Made by a program: the position numbers and the translations under genes. From Sphyrna mokarran (Eukaryota): a stretch of DNA of 64,000 nt. How positions within the stretch are numbered: position 1 is the first letter of the stretch; each line of letters starts with the position of its first letter. The stretch spans positions 68,882,001 through 68,946,000 of the forward strand of contig JAGIQG010000006.1 of NCBI GenBank assembly GCA_024679065.1, given 5' to 3'. A model generated the notes under the pieces. That model saw nothing but the letters and a program-made list of their open reading frames with translations. It was not told the DNA's origin and ran no database searches. Shown piece by piece: positions 37,362 through 51,739 of the stretch.

Positions 37362-38095
37362 TGTGAGGATGATAAAAACATTATTATTTTAATATTTTGG
37401 GATCTATTTGTTATTCTGTGAAGTTGACAAATGGTGGCTGTGTGTGTCAGTATATATGTGTTTGCGTTTGTGACTAATTTAATTAAATTGAAGACAGTTG
37501 GTTGAAAGGTTTAGAACATCAAAGGAACTTGGTGTGAAAGGCAGGCATTTGATGTGAATAAGGCTGAATTGGATACTGTACAGGTAAATAAGACATGGAA
37601 AGACTTTTTCATTGGCAGATAAAGAAGGTTTTTTGTGTTTAGATGTCAAACTTCAAAAGGAAGTTAAAAATAATTTACAATTGGGAAAGGGACATAAATA
37701 AATAAGGCAATGTTATTAAGTTTTACTTTACAAGAAAGTGGTGGCATAAGGAGAACATAAGTGACTTTTATATCCCGGGAAAAGTAAATTTCAAAGATGG
37801 ATTGAAATATGAAATTGGGAAAATATGAAATTGAAAAAAAAATACCTAAAGAAGAGTTGGGAGCTAATGGCCATGTAAGACATCCTGGAATGCACTCCTC
37901 TGGGAGAGAGCTATGGAAAGAAACAAAGTGAAGCAGTTTTCAGCCAACCCAAAGAAATGTCCATCCATTGTTTCAGAAAGCAAAGTTTTGTTTTAATTTT
38001 TTGAGATTTTCCACAGCAGAGTGGAAGTGAGAAAAGACTAGGGCATTCCTTACCTGTGTTTGCTTCATGTTTATATTACTGGAATTGTATGGATT
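37362..38095. mobile_element. Possible solo-LTR-like sequence, apparently continuing near 39060 after a TIR-bounded insertion
   Basis: Starts TGTGA immediately after a TIR end (GAGATCCTGCCC); purine-biased non-coding body; 38097-39059 bounded by GGGGGAGAATTT / AAAATTCCACCC. No PBS or PPT seen. Confidence 0.25.
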
Positions 38096-39195
38096 TTGGG
38101 GGAGAATTTGAGCCTGCCCTTTTCACCAGCGGTACATGCTCAAAATCCAGAGAGATGATTCGGACCGATGAGTTTCTGAATGGTGTAAAACACACGTATC
38201 CTCAGTGAGCATTGTCTCTGGGAACTCTGCCCTTACTGGATATTCATTTACAGCAAGTTCACTTCAACATGAACCTGCCATGGGGAGCCCCCTGGGATGG
38301 TAAGGTGAGAATAGACCCTGTGGGGAAGAGACGTGCCCAGATAGTGGCTTGGAAATGCCCTATGGCATTGCTCCTCTGATGTGGAGATGCTGGTGCTGGA
38401 TTGGGGTAAAACAGGAAGAAATTGTGATTGAGATTTCTTACTGCTCCTCTGCACAGGTTGCCCTACTGGAAGTCTCATGGGGTGGCAGGGAAGAGGGGGA
38501 GAATTCATTTAGATGTGAGGATGCATGGGAGTGGTCGGAGCGGATGCTGCTGAGTGGGTGGTTGATTGGGGGTGGGTACTGACTCAGACTATTGCATGGA
38601 GGAGGGAGAAGGAGCTGATGATTGGGGAGGAGGATCAGTAGTGAGAAGAGGCCAATGAACAGGAAGTGGCAGAGAAGGGGCCGTTGATCAGGAGGGGGCA
38701 AAAAAGGCCGATGATTGCGGGCTGGAGAAGAGGCTGATAATTGTGGCGGGAAGGATAGAAAAATACAAATTCTAGTTGGTGGTAGGGAGGGGAGCCATTG
38801 AAACCTCCATAGTGCATTGGGTGGGAAGAGCTTTACTCAGGTTTTTTGATCAGGGCACTCTTTAAAGATGGCATCCCAATCTCTGAGCAGAAGAGTGTTT
38901 CTGATGTGTCGAGGCTCTGCCTCCCTAAATGACAGCATGAAATACACCCCTTTAATTTTTTTTTCCTGGAGAGAAAACCAACTGGTTTTGCTGAAAAGAA
39001 ACACGTCAGTTTTCTCACTGGAAACAACAGTCTGTCATATTTTGGTAAAATTCCACCCTAAATATCTGTTAGGGCACATGTTGAATGGGGTGTTTGTGAG
39101 TCAAATCAATTAGGATACTTTTTGCAGGAATATTCTATTAGACTAATTTTAACTGTGTAAATATAATCTTGTGTGTTTAAGTTTTATTTTACTAA

Positions 39196-39545
39196 TCATG
39201 GAATCATAGAACCCTACAATGCAGAAAGAGGCCCTTCAGCCCTTCCAGTCTGCACCGAACACAATCCCACCCAGGTCCTACCTCTGATATGCCTACATAT
39301 TATACCCACTAATCCCTCTAAGCTATACATCCCTGGGCACTAAGGGGCAATTTCTTAGCATAGCCAATCAACTTAACCCGCACATCTTTGGACTGTGGGA
39401 GAAAACCAGAGCACCCGGAGGAAACCCACGCAGACATGAGGAGAGCATGCAAACTCCACACAGACAGTGACTTGAGCCGGGAATAGAACCCAAGACCCTA
39501 GAGCTGTGAAGCAGCAGTGCTAACCACTGTGCCACTGTGCCACTC
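39196..39545 (-). mobile_element. HE1/V-SINE-type SINE, variant A
   Basis: CGCACATCTTTGGACTGTGGGAG..GAGCACCCGGAGGAAACCCACGCAGAC..GCAGTGCTAACCACTGTGCCAC. Confidence 0.92.
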
Positions 39546-40697
39546 CCATTGTGCCATACCGAAAGATACTAAATCTTTCAATTTAATTTTTAAAATTTCC
39601 AAAAACAAATTTGTGGCTCCTGATTTACATACACACTATTTTCACCCAGTAAAATACAAATGGAAAATAGTTGCAATGACTTGCCAAGTTTCCCTTTAGC
39701 ATTTGATTATCATAAGATTTACAATCTGCCAGATCATAATTGTGCGCAAAAATGCTCCAAAAAGTGGGTGGGCTGCTGAAATCTTCCCATGTCCATTGTA
39801 AAATGGGAGACCCATTAGGGTGGGCAGGCAGGCAGTGAGATGGCCATGCACTGCTTTTATGAACTCTTCTACTCTTCCCCCAACCAACTGCCAGCTTCAA
39901 ACGTACTACTCCTAATATTGCTTAGAGTGTTCCATAAAGAAAAACTCTATTTTCAGTCACACATTCATTTCCCTATTTTGTTTCTGTCTGCCTATTCTTA
40001 TGTCCAGTCAAGTTTCATTGAGAGAAAGTCCTGGAAGCTAAGATGTAAAAGATCAGTTTTGACATTAAAGTTATTTAAACAAAACCAAGAAATTTGTCCA
40101 GGAAAGGTACAGGTTGTGCAGGTTAATGTTTATTTCCTGTTTTTTTTATTTCCAAGGACAGAAGTTTAATTGCATGAAGAAAGTGGCATTTTTTTTTCAA
40201 TAGTAACTCCGTATATATACTCACTTGTTACCTGTAAAGCAGCTGTACTGCCTCACTAACATACTTATTGAAAGATTGAACAAGTAATCGTAATAGCATA
40301 CGTTAAAGACACAAGGGATGAATTTCCTTGGGGCTTTTCCCTCTCTGTCAACTAACTGCAACAAAACTTTTGTTTACATATGGAAAAGAGGGTTCTGCCA
40401 AAATCACAGAAGCAGAGCAAGAGAACCCTCAAGCAAATAGCTGTGCATGAAATAAACCACACATTAAAAACATTTTGTCATTAGCAGCATGCATCTTTTC
40501 AGGACGACATAGAAATTCAGTATCTTTAGTACAATGTAATAATAGACAGATTTACATTTTATGTTCTTTGGACTTAGGTCATTATAATATTTAATCACAT
40601 AATTGTAAGAGGACGATAGCTCACCATCAAAACAGTAAATACACAGATCCTTGGTCAATTTGTTCTGATTTTCATTTTTATGGTTTATTAGTTTCAG

Positions 40698-40735
40698 GCC
40701 TTACAGCAGAGAGGCAGCAGGGAATGACAGCAAAG
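40698..40735 (+). other. Candidate 38-nt exon
   Basis: ttttcatttttatggtttattagtttcag|GCC...CAAAG|gtattt in non-repetitive DNA; its ATG is in frame with the 41797 candidate. Confidence 0.25.
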
Positions 40736-41796
40736 GTATTTTGCAAATCTGCTGCATAATAAGGCACAGGGGTCCTCCCCTCATGGGAAACTGTAAATTC
40801 AACTCTCTAATCATGTGTCGATGGACATGCTGCTATTGCCATGTTTTTACATTGAAAAACTAGAGTGGAATTATCAAATCCTCATTGATCTACAGGAAGC
40901 TTCTGTAGCTGGGGTACAATGTTGCTTTGTCATGAAGTGTTTCTGCAACAGTTCAGGTTTTACTATTATCTGTTTTCCTCTTAACTCTTGAAAGAGGAAA
41001 GAAATTTAATGACTCTGTCACATTTATAATTAATAAAAAATCAGTATCGGCCCAAAATAATGACTGCACAATCAAATTTTCAGAACCTTCACTAGTATCC
41101 TTTGTTCATGTATATTTAACTGTGATGGTATTGCATATTATAAAATCATGTTTTCCTTATCAAAAGTAAAGACATATTTGTGTTTTCTTCGAACAATTAG
41201 TCAAATGTAATTCAGTTCATCTTTTTCCTCTTTGTGAACATTGATTCTTGTCTGTAAATGAAAAATATTAAGGGGATTTTTTTTTGTACTGTACTGAATT
41301 TATTCACCATTGAAGAGTTACACCAAGGTCGCTGTAGATTCTGGGCACTAGGTAAACTAGACTGAAAAATAACTGGGTGAGGATCATTTAAGAAATCATA
41401 AACAAGCAATGCTGAAGCTAATAGTGAATTCATTTTGCAGTTTTATTTGAATGCAATCTTGTCAAAATAACAATAGCTCAATGGAGAAACGCCATCACAG
41501 TTTCAATATTTGTTTGCAATGATACATCATGATTGCCATGCAAGAATAACATTGTACTGTGACTGTGGAAGTGCAAGGCACTTATTTAAGGTCCACCCAT
41601 TCATGTCACTTCAAATATGTCATTCCATGTGTAGTGTTATACATGGTCCAATAGTCCATAATGCCTGCAGGAATTGCCACTAAATCCACAGAGAACATTC
41701 TCAAGAAATAATAATATATTATTCCCAAAATGATCCTGTTAAAAATAATTATGTATTATCTGATAAATTCCCCATTTTTCATCTGTTTCCTTGTAG

Positions 41797-41936
41797 GTGA
41801 ACGTGGGTTGGAATGTTCTTGGGAATACAATGACCCAGCCTCACTGTACAAGAGCTGCGATGATCCTGGTTTATCTGATGTATTCTGTCAGCCCAGCAGA
41901 AAGTGCAATCCTCTGCACATTAGACATTCTGACTGA
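41797..41936 (+). CDS. Candidate coding exon encoding a signal-peptide-like segment (gene unidentified)
   Basis: Strong acceptor ccccatttttcatctgtttccttgtag|G, donor GA|gtgggt; higher GC than flanks; open frame VNVGWNVLGNTMTQPHCTRAAMILVYLMYSVSPAESAILCTLDILT. Confidence 0.35.
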
Positions 41937-43134
41937 GTGGGTTACAACATTATTTGTGGAGCTGCCTCCAGGAAATTATTGAAAGTAAAGTCACTACCCT
42001 TTTAGAGCAAATGAATTTTAGTTTGTAATTTGGAAGCTACCTAGCATTTGTAACTGGTGTAGGTGTCATTGAAAATGTTAGCTATGGTAAAATTGCAAAT
42101 GTGTCATAGATATCAGAAGTCACAGGTAGTCGACTGATATTTGCTGTGGACTTTTCTATGTTGTACTTGGTTACACCTGCATTATATACCCATGAATTTA
42201 TGAAAAAGATGGCCATTTTATTTTTAAAAAGCAGCATGGAATGTGGACAATTTACCTTGACAAAATGGACTCCAGGTAGTCAGGTGATCATTGTGTTTTC
42301 CAAACAGACAGGTACTGATTCATGCTTGGGCATGTCCATCATCATTAATGTAGAGTCATAGAGGTTTGCAGCATGGAAACAGGCCATATACTAGCCACTT
42401 TCCCAGGTGCTAATGACTGTTCCTCTTCATTTCAATAAAAGTGATTTAGAGTAACCATATCTAATAGACTTGCTGGTCTCATAGGGTTGGAAATGCAAAT
42501 ACAGGAACTTGAAGGTGATTCATAACTGGAATGTTGATGAGTATGGCAAAAACATTCCCCACTGGTGGCAATTGTTTAGCCCATCAAACTCTTTGTGTGA
42601 TCAAAGGGAATACTGAGACTGTGGCCACATGACTGAAACTAGTTCATGGGAGGAAATACTTATTAATTCAAAAGGACAGATCAGAACAGTCAGTTTGGAA
42701 CAAACACTACAGAGGGAATAGATAATGTATGGAAAAAGTAGAATGCTGCCTAAAAGAAATCCATCAAAGGCAGAGAAGTAGGTCTATTCTTTACCTGCAG
42801 AATTATATCTTCACTATCGGGCTTTGACCAGAACTTCAACTAGGAAAGCCAGAAACTTGCTATTTTATGGATTAAGCAACTGTGAATTCACTATCAGAAA
42901 ATTCCAATCACTTTAGTAAATAAAGGAAGAATTCTGAAATCTGCAACATTTCCAAATATTATTATCTACTAATAATGAAAACGATGTTTGATTATTTAAG
43001 TAATCTTGATACACATCAAGATTACTTAATCATTTTTGCAATGATCCTTTTTCTTGTGAGTGTTTTGTGAATGAACAAGTGGATGCTGTTTTACTTATTT
43101 TTATTCTTTCTTTTAACTTAAACATTAAGCAAAT

Positions 43135-43430
43135 AGCATAGTGACAAGCACTGTTGCCTCAATGCCGGGGACCCGAGTTCAATTCTAGCCTTGGGACACT
43201 GCCTAAATGGAGTTTGCATATTCTCCTGTGCGTGGTTTTGCTCTGGATGCCACAGTTTCCTCCCACACTGCAAAGTTATGCATGTTAGGTTGATTGGCCA
43301 AGCTAAATTGCCCTATAGCATCATGAGGGATTAGCAGTGTAAATATGTGGGGCTATGGGAATAGAGCCTGGGTGGTACAGACTTGATGGACTTAATGGCC
43401 TCCTTCTGCACTGTTGGGATTCTGTGATTC
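43135..43430 (+). mobile_element. HE1/V-SINE-type SINE, variant A
   Basis: AGCACTGTTGCCTC..GGGACCCGAGTTCAATTC..GGAGTTTGCATATTCTCC..AATGGCCTCCTTCTGCACTGTTGGGATTCTGTGATTCT. Confidence 0.88.
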
Positions 43431-43867
43431 TTAAACTGATGAGAAAGCCTATCTTGTGTCTATTCTTGAATTTCACAGCACTCAAGGAGGTAAAACATCA
43501 ATCTCTAAAATACATCTTGTTGCAGCCATTCAAGAGGTGGAAAAGGCAGAAAATTATCCCACATCTCTCCACTTGTGTAACAACTTTTTAATTTAACAAA
43601 ATGCATGGGGAAACATAAGCGGTGATGGAAGACTCCTATTCTTATTATTCGCAGATCTACTCGTTTCAGTCTCTGTTATTCCCTCAAGACTCTTCAGCAC
43701 AAATAATTCCACTAGATCTTCCTCACACAATGTAGCACTCTGATCTGATGTGGCCTCCTGAGTGAATAAAAGTTTGTGTCTGCTTGATATTCTTCTTCAT
43801 ATCAAGGAATTTCTTACTGGTCTCCTGCAGTATTCTAGGATTACTGAACATGACCTTGCCTGGATAA

Positions 43868-44155
43868 AAAAGAATTGCATTTGTTTAGAATCTTTATGTC
43901 CCAAAGCATTTTAAAATCAATTTTAATACTTTGGAAGTGCAGTCACAGTTGTAATATAGGAAGTTCATTTGCCAATTTGCACACAGCAAGTTCCATAAAC
44001 AGCAACATATTAGTGATCTTTGGCTGAGTGATGTTAACTGGGAGATTTAAATATTGGCCAGGATAGGAGGGATAACTCCCCTGCTCACCTTCAAAATAGG
44101 CCCATGGATCTTTTACGAAGCCTCAGTTTAAGTTTTCATCCAAAAGGTATTACTT
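43868..44155 (-). mobile_element. Deu-domain SINE
   Basis: GTCCCAAAGCATTT..GAAGTGCAGTCACAGTTGTAAT..GCCAATTTGCACACAGCAAG..AATATTGGCCAGGA..AACTCCCCTGCTC. Confidence 0.75.
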
Positions 44156-45531
44156 CCAATTTTCTTTCTTGCTTTGGATTGAAAGAGTTATAGTTAGATG
44201 CTGATGGCCAATTTGTCAGATTAATTTACGTAATTAATCAAATTAATTTCTCTCCTAGTAATGCATTACTTAGACTTATATAGGATGGGATGTTTTGGAC
44301 CCCCCTGTAGCATATTTCTTAATGGAAGTGACACGCCATTGGCAGGATCTTCCGTTCCCGCCAATGTCTGTGGGGTTTTGAAAGCCCCACATCCTCTGGG
44401 GAATATGCTGCATGGAGATGCCATTGTCATGACCAGAATATCCCACTGGTGGGAAGAGGAAAAAAATTCTGACCTTGGAGCACAGAAGCAGGCCATTCAG
44501 CCCAATAGGCCTGTGTTGATGCTCCACATCAATCACATTCCACCTTATTTTACCATACCCTGTCAACATCTGTCTTTCTACTTGATTTCTGTATGGTTTT
44601 TCTTTGTTCTTTTAGGGGATTTTAGTTAAGTCAGGCAACATGGTCACTGCAGGCTTGGAGGGCTGGAGAGCCTGATCCTGTGCTGTAATTTTCTTTGTTC
44701 TTTTGTTATGAATTTTCACAGACATTAGCAGCAAAACAATATGGAGGGCAAATAAAGTTTCAGACACACTGGTTTTTCTGCCACTTGCACAGCTGCAATG
44801 TTTTGCCAGTGTTGTGTGTATGTGCAAACAGTTTTTTAAACACTGCATTGATTGAGCAAATGCCTTATGTGCATAACTGTTACAGCTACGTCTAACAGTC
44901 CTACATTTTGTGATTAACATATCTGCATGGCAAATACATTTTTCTAAGAGTAAGGGAGGTTGCTTCCAAATGGCTATGGTAAATTCTGAAAATAACTGGT
45001 GCTGAGTTTAAATCCATAAGTGGTCACTTTCCATGAGAGCGATCAGAATAACAAGTCCAATTGGTGTTTCCCCTTTGTAGTCCACAGACCAAAATCCCAG
45101 TCCCACTGTCACTGTACTCAAATTAGCTAAATCATTTTTAAACTTAGCAACCCTGCTGGTGTATATAATTCAATGCCAGTCTGGACAATGGAAAGGTACT
45201 GATCTGATTTCTGCTTGAGCGACTGCGCCACAGAAAGCAAATTGCAAAGAATCGAGCAAATTGTTTGTGGAGAACACACATTACAGTGTTTCATGGTCAT
45301 TTAATTTGTAAGCAGTGGAGGACCAAACCTACAACAAAATGTTAATCTGTCAGAACAAATCGCCACTTCACAAAAAAAATTGGAACATTCATGTCGGACA
45401 TCATTCAGCCACTTGAGCCTGCTCCAATTATTTAATTAAGATTATGTTCTCTCATTTTTAATTTCTCCATCAGAGGAATAATTTCTCTGTATTAACCCTA
45501 TTAAATTCTTTTTACACTACAATTTTTAAAA

Positions 45532-46510
45532 ATGTATTTATGGGACATGCTAGTGATCTGGCTAGGCCAGATTTATTGCCCACCCGAATTGCCTTTGAGA
45601 AGGAGGTGGTGAGCTGCCTTCTCGATCTGCTGCAATCCATGTAGTGCTGGTACATTTACTGTGCTATTAGGGAGGGAGTTCCAGGGTTTTGACTCAGTGA
45701 CACTGAAGGAACGATGATATACTTCCAAATTAAAATGATGCATAGCTTGGAGCAAAATGTCCAGGTGATGGTGTTCCTAGCATCTGCTACTTATGTACTT
45801 CTAGTTGGCAGCAATTGTGGGTTTGGAAAATGCCGTCTAAGGAGCCTTGATGAGTTCCTGTTGTGCACCTTGTAAATGGTGCACATGGCTGCCATTGTGA
45901 ATTGGTAGTGGAGGGAGTGAATGTTTGTGGTTGGGAACACAATCAAGTAAGTTGCTCTGTCCTGGATGGTGTTGAGCTTCGAAAGTGTTGTTGGAGCTGT
46001 ACAAATCCAGGCAAATGAAAATTATTCCATCAAATTCCTGGTGCCTTCTGGATAGTGGACAAAATTTCGCAAGTCAAGAGGTGAATTACTCACCACAAAA
46101 TTCCAAGCCTTTGACAGCCTCAGATTAATTTGGCTTGTCCAGTTCAGTTTCTGATCAATGGTAATTCTGAGGATGTTGACTGTGGGGAATTCAGTGATGG
46201 CAATGTCATTGAATGTCAAAGGACAATGTTTAGATCCTTTCTTGTTGGAAATGGACATTGCCCAGCAGTTTGGTGGTGCAAATATTACTCTCCACTTGTC
46301 TGGTCCAAGTCTTGATGCAGTTAAGTATGAACTGCTTTAGTTTCTGAAGAATCACAAACGGTGCTGAATATTGTACAATCATCAGCAGGCATCCCCACTT
46401 CAGACCTTATGATGGAAGGAATGTTACTGATGAAACAACTGAAGATGGTTGGGCCTAAAATACTACCCCGCGGAACTCTTGCAGTATTGTCCTTAAACTG
46501 AAATGATTGA
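45532..46510 (-). mobile_element. CR1/L2-group LINE, about 1 kb 3' portion including the RT core
   Basis: Minus strand VPRGSILGPTIFSCFISNIPSIIRSEVGMPADD (cf. GVPQGSVLGP..FADD), ILRITIDQKLNWTSQIN, FSVTESKPWNSLPNS, AAHHLLLKGN. Confidence 0.9.
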
Positions 46511-49500
46511 CCTCATCTCACCTCTCAATCTTCCATATGTGAAGGAATGCAATCCAAATTTATGTAATCTGTCTTCATAATTTAACTCTCTAAGATGCTA
46601 CTGTTAATACCCTTGTAGCATTATTGTAGCCATGACAAATCATTAAAAGGTTCAGACAATGAGTCCTGCATTAAATAATAATCAAGTTGCAAAGTGGTCT
46701 TAGTTGAGTGAACAGTGTGGGAACTAATCTGTTCTTCCAAACATTGCTTTGATTATCAGCTCCTGATATATTACATTGTTGAACATGGGCTTCTTGACTT
46801 ATTATACTTCACCAAGTAATGTTTTATCTTGCCATTGTCATGAATGCTTTATTAATTATAATGCTTAATCATATATAAAAGTAGAAGTAAAGTTAGGTCT
46901 GCACAATCATACAAGAATTTAGTTGGTATGGTAGTAGGTATGCTACAATTAAGACTTTTTTTTTGTAAATTGCCAATTCCAGAGACCTTATAAAACAGCA
47001 GACATTTTGAGAAGTCCACACCTGTTTCTGAAGGTTTCATCTTTGGTAGAGGGTGAAGGGTTTTGGTATGAAACACACAAACTCAACAGAGCTATTTGAA
47101 ATTAATGCTGAGCCTATTTTCAGTCTTCCTCAGGCCTTAACCCACAGATTTATGGAGTAGATATAAACATTTGTGAAAGGTGGTTATATTTTTTTAAAAA
47201 AATCCTCAGCCCTTTAAACATGAACAGAAAGAGACTGAAGCTAATTTTCTGTTCCCTTTCTCATCAGGTTTGGTGATGGGACTGCAAAATCTCACATGAT
47301 GTCCAAATCGTATTTCAGATGTAGTTGTCCCGATCCCTAGTAAGTCTCGTAGTGCTTTCCCAACATTGAATGTCAGGAATATATTTCCAAATTAACATAA
47401 CATAATCAGGCCTCTTGGCCTGAATTATCCCACCACCCCCTTTAAGGCCCATTCACGTCTGCATGAGGGCAGAATGGTGTGAAACCCAACAGATCTCCCA
47501 AAGAGTGCACCTGGCAAACAGACTTCCTAAAGGACTGCAGGTGAGCACATAATTCAGGGAGAAGGGCATTGTGTGCTGGGGCATGCTCAGGTAGTGCCAG
47601 GGATGTACCAGTAATGGAGGTGTCATGATGGAGGAGGGGATTTCCTGCTGAACTATTGTGCATGAAGGTGGCCTTTAAAAATGTAGCGATTATAGTGAAA
47701 GTTTGCAGAGAAGTGAATGTAAACTTTCTGTCCAGTAATCTCCTCTTTCCTCTGACCTCATACCATTGACAGAGTGAGGTTGTAGATTTCACTGTGTTTG
47801 CCCTCTCCCAAGTGAGAGGGTCTTCATGCCCATCTCATTGAGACCCCCATACTGCCCTTCCAATCTGGCCTCTCCAAAAGCAGGATGCCTGAACCACACA
47901 GTCACAACCAGTACTGCCTCTCTGTTGTGGCTGCCTTCCACCCTGTTTGCAGCTTCCAGCATAGAAGGGCAGACCCTCAGCCACTCTTTGTACAATAATC
48001 TAGCATGGAAGAACCAGGAATCAATGCCTCCTTGGCAGCGAGCACATCCCTTTGGAGCAAGGGAGCAGCCTGATAGGAAGGGGCCATAAGACCTCTGAGC
48101 TACCCACTCATACCTCCAAACGCCTTTGCTCACTAACCCTACCTCTTCCCCCTTCCAAAGCTGCACTCTTTGCCAGTCCAGCGTTATCCCTGATGCTGCT
48201 TGAGTGTTGAACTGCCCAAGAAGTAATGGTTGCTTGAGTATTCATTTCCAATATCCCCCTCAGAAGTGACATTGCCAGGTTCACGTTTGCGTCGACCTGT
48301 TATAAATGGTATTGTTGTGATATCACACTGGAGCCAGCTGAATATTCAATATGGACACAATATCTGGCATGAGTGCTTGCAAATGAGATGCTGATGTATT
48401 GAAATTAGGTCTGTGCCCTCCCTGGTGTGTTCCTATCACTCAACCGGCAAAATTCATTCAAAATCAGAAAACGCATTTTCATCAGTGGGAATCATGTTTT
48501 TCCAAACACTTTGCATTTTGAATCCAGAACACCATTCCTGTAGGAGGAGAGAGTGGGCTCAGCATCCCTCCCTAGCTTTATTTTTGGGGGTTAAAATTCC
48601 TTTTACTGCAGCCATGCAAAAGGCTAGAACATTGGTAAGTCATAAATTTTATTTTCTGGAGTAATGTTTCTTCATGGATAAGTTCTATCTCAGAATCTAA
48701 AGCACAGAAAAATGAAGAACAGTTGGTGGTTTAGATATAAGCTAAGCTTATAGATGGAAAGTATTAGTGGTGGATTAGAGCAGAAAATTATCAGTAGAAG
48801 GTATAAAACTTCCTCATAAATGACAGTCTCCATTCTTTTCAAGCTCCAAGCTAAATTTACTATCTTATGGAAAAAAAATCTTCAAAAGGATGAAGATATG
48901 AAAATTTTGGGTAGGCCTTTCACCAACATTAAAAAGATTGGTCAATCATGCATAAAGTCATTAATTAATTTCCCTTTAATTTTGTCACCGGGAAGCTTTC
49001 AGATTAGTACAATGCTCCAATGCTTTGTCCAGGCCAGAGTACTGTGTGTTATTATTTTGTATGACAACAGACTTTGTATCTTTCAATTTACTAATTGGTC
49101 CAATGCTGGGTCTCTCCCAGCCAGCACCAGCTGCTGAGGAATTAAATATTATTATTCTCCGAGGCCTTGAAAATATGGTCTGTGAAGATTAGTGTACAGC
49201 CCCTTAACGCATTGGTTTCTTTGTCCGCTGTTTTAACAATGACATTGGTTGATGTATTTTAATTCAAGACCTATGTACTAGATAACCATTTGTCATGCTT
49301 CCAATTACTTACAATGTTTTTTTATTCACTCTGCTCACCTCTTTGGAATTGCCTCCCTAAACACCTGTGTCTCATTGCCTTGTGGCCGTCTTTCCTATTT
49401 TTCAATGTCTCCTTTCAAAAAACAATCCTACTGATTGTGATTTAAGCACTGACAATCTTTCTATTCCCTACTTTCTTCTGTCTTGCATTCATTCCTGCTT

Positions 49501-51739
49501 TCTGAAATGTTTGAAGATACATCTGTATCTGAGGAGAACAATAGAAGTGCTTTCCACAGGCAGCATAGTAGTATAATAGTCACGGTATATCCTATAGTAG
49601 CAACATTGAACTCCATTTATAATTCTAAGATGTGAATTTATATGGTGTTAAGACCACTGAAGGGCCAGTTGAATGGACTCAAACCATCTAGTTGTAAAAT
49701 GCTACATAGCAAAAGCAAGTTTACACTGCTGCTAATTTGCATGAATTCCAGGACGAGCAGGAACGGCAGCAGGGGCTCAAGATTCAGCAAAATCCTGGAA
49801 GATTGCAGACTTCCAATTTTTGCTACCCTCGCTGGTGATATGATTTAAATGATTTCAATGCATTTGCCTGTCATTAGTCACATCCCCCGTCATATATTGA
49901 CCCTCGCGCTATGGATTCAAACCACACCAACATGAAATTGTATTGGCATAGTTTACATTAGGTTCACCCAGATATGAACCACTCGTGTGGATCCCCTGGG
50001 GACGTATAAGTGAGTATGGCTTCTGGGGGAGAACAATGTGGTCAGGTTGTAGATTGGCAATGCAACTTGGCATTGCCAGGTTGGTACCATGCTCATGGCT
50101 AAATGCCAGCTCCAAATAGGTGTGGGGGAAGGGCATTAGGTTACTTTTGATTGGGGTGCCCTTGAAACATGACATCCTAACCTTAGTGCAGCCACACTTT
50201 GTCAGCATGTTGAGTTCCCGCCTTCCCCCAGCCACATGATGATATGTCGCCTTTTTTAAAGCGAGAGTGTGGTAAGATCTGAAGAGAAACATGCCATTTT
50301 TCTCCACCAGAACCAATACTCTGCCATTTTTTGGTAAGATTCTTCCCTCTGAAGCAGAAATATCAGCCTGATTTAAATTAATTCAATGCCTTAGAATCAT
50401 ACAGCATAAAAGAAGGTCATTCAGCCCACCATGATGGTGCTGGCTCTTTGATAGAGCTATTCAATTAGTTTCATTCCCCTGTCCTTTCTTCAGGGCCCTT
50501 GGCCCTGGGACATTTGGACTGAGTAATAGTACACATGATCATGTAACACTGTAAGTGTACTGACTGGAGGACATTGAATATTCTCTTCAAACAAAGCCAG
50601 TGAGTGTCGATTCAAATCTCCAAACTACCTTATGCTTCAATCTACCAGGTATCATTAACAGAAAGGTTTATTTGGTTTTAATCAGGTTATTAGGAGTAAT
50701 TTTGAAAGGTTCCACTAGCCGTGAGCATGGGTAAGAAAATCAAAACTATTGTGTTTTTAGTCCCGTTTCCAATTTGCACCTCCACGGCCTCCAGCAAAGC
50801 TTTGCAAAATGGTGCTATACCATAATGTGAAACTGTGTCAGGACAGTACTTTTTAGAAGAAAAAGCTTACATTCCCGTATGTTGCTCAAATTCTATAGTA
50901 CTAGCTCGAAACCCTGGAATGTAACCAATCTAAAATGTACCCACCAGTGGAAATTACAGTAATTTCGCAAGAAAAGTCAATGGCCAACTTGGGTGATTTT
51001 AAAAAAGTCATAAAAATGTGTCTGATTCAAAACAAATCCAAGAGGAGAGCTGGTAATATTCTCCAAATATGTGTATCATAGCAACCCCTGTGATTAAACA
51101 AAAAAGTTGAATTTTATATCCATTCACTTGAACTTCAAAGTGATACGATTCACTGCAAATTGTGTCACTTTACATTAAAAGAAGAAAATAGAATAGGTAG
51201 GTAACATATGCAGTTGATTTCCTCAAATTAATTTTCTCAAAAGGCATTTAATCCACACTGCAGTGAATATGACTGGATGCCCAGAGGGTAATATTGTTTT
51301 AATTAAAATGTAACAACAGTGTTCTGATCATCAGAAATTCAGGGTCAATAACAGGGCACAGCATTTTATCCATTTCAATAAATGAATCTTTTGAACTACG
51401 AAGTGAGTAGTAAAACAATGTTTAGCTACAAAGAATGATCTGACATTTAATCTGCCTGTACTGGTCTTTCTTAATTAAAATCTTGAGATATTTGGCAGCT
51501 CATGTCATCTGGTAGTGACTGGAACAAATGCAATAATTATGCAGTTTGGCTAGAGGTGAAGGAGGAATCGACAAGGATTCTTGAGCTCTGAGAAAATACT
51601 ATTTCTGTTGAATCTGGGGATCTTAAAACAAATGTTGGCACTCTGATACAGGAATTCAGCTCCGCATAAAGGTAGTGCTTGTCTACCATCCTGCTTACCT
51701 ATGCCCTGCTGACTAATTTAAGGTAGTTTATGCATTATG

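Noticed and set aside
42801-42843. Possible next exon after 41936 giving CTLDILTEIISSL, superficially like IL-4 helix A
   Set aside because: An in-frame TAG follows within 14 codons with no donor, and the resemblance is too short to be meaningful.
47268-47339. 72-nt plus-strand segment with good acceptor and GTAAGT donor, in frame with the 41797 candidate
   Set aside because: It appears to lie in the terminus of a TIR-type repeat, whose members often contain splice-like motifs.
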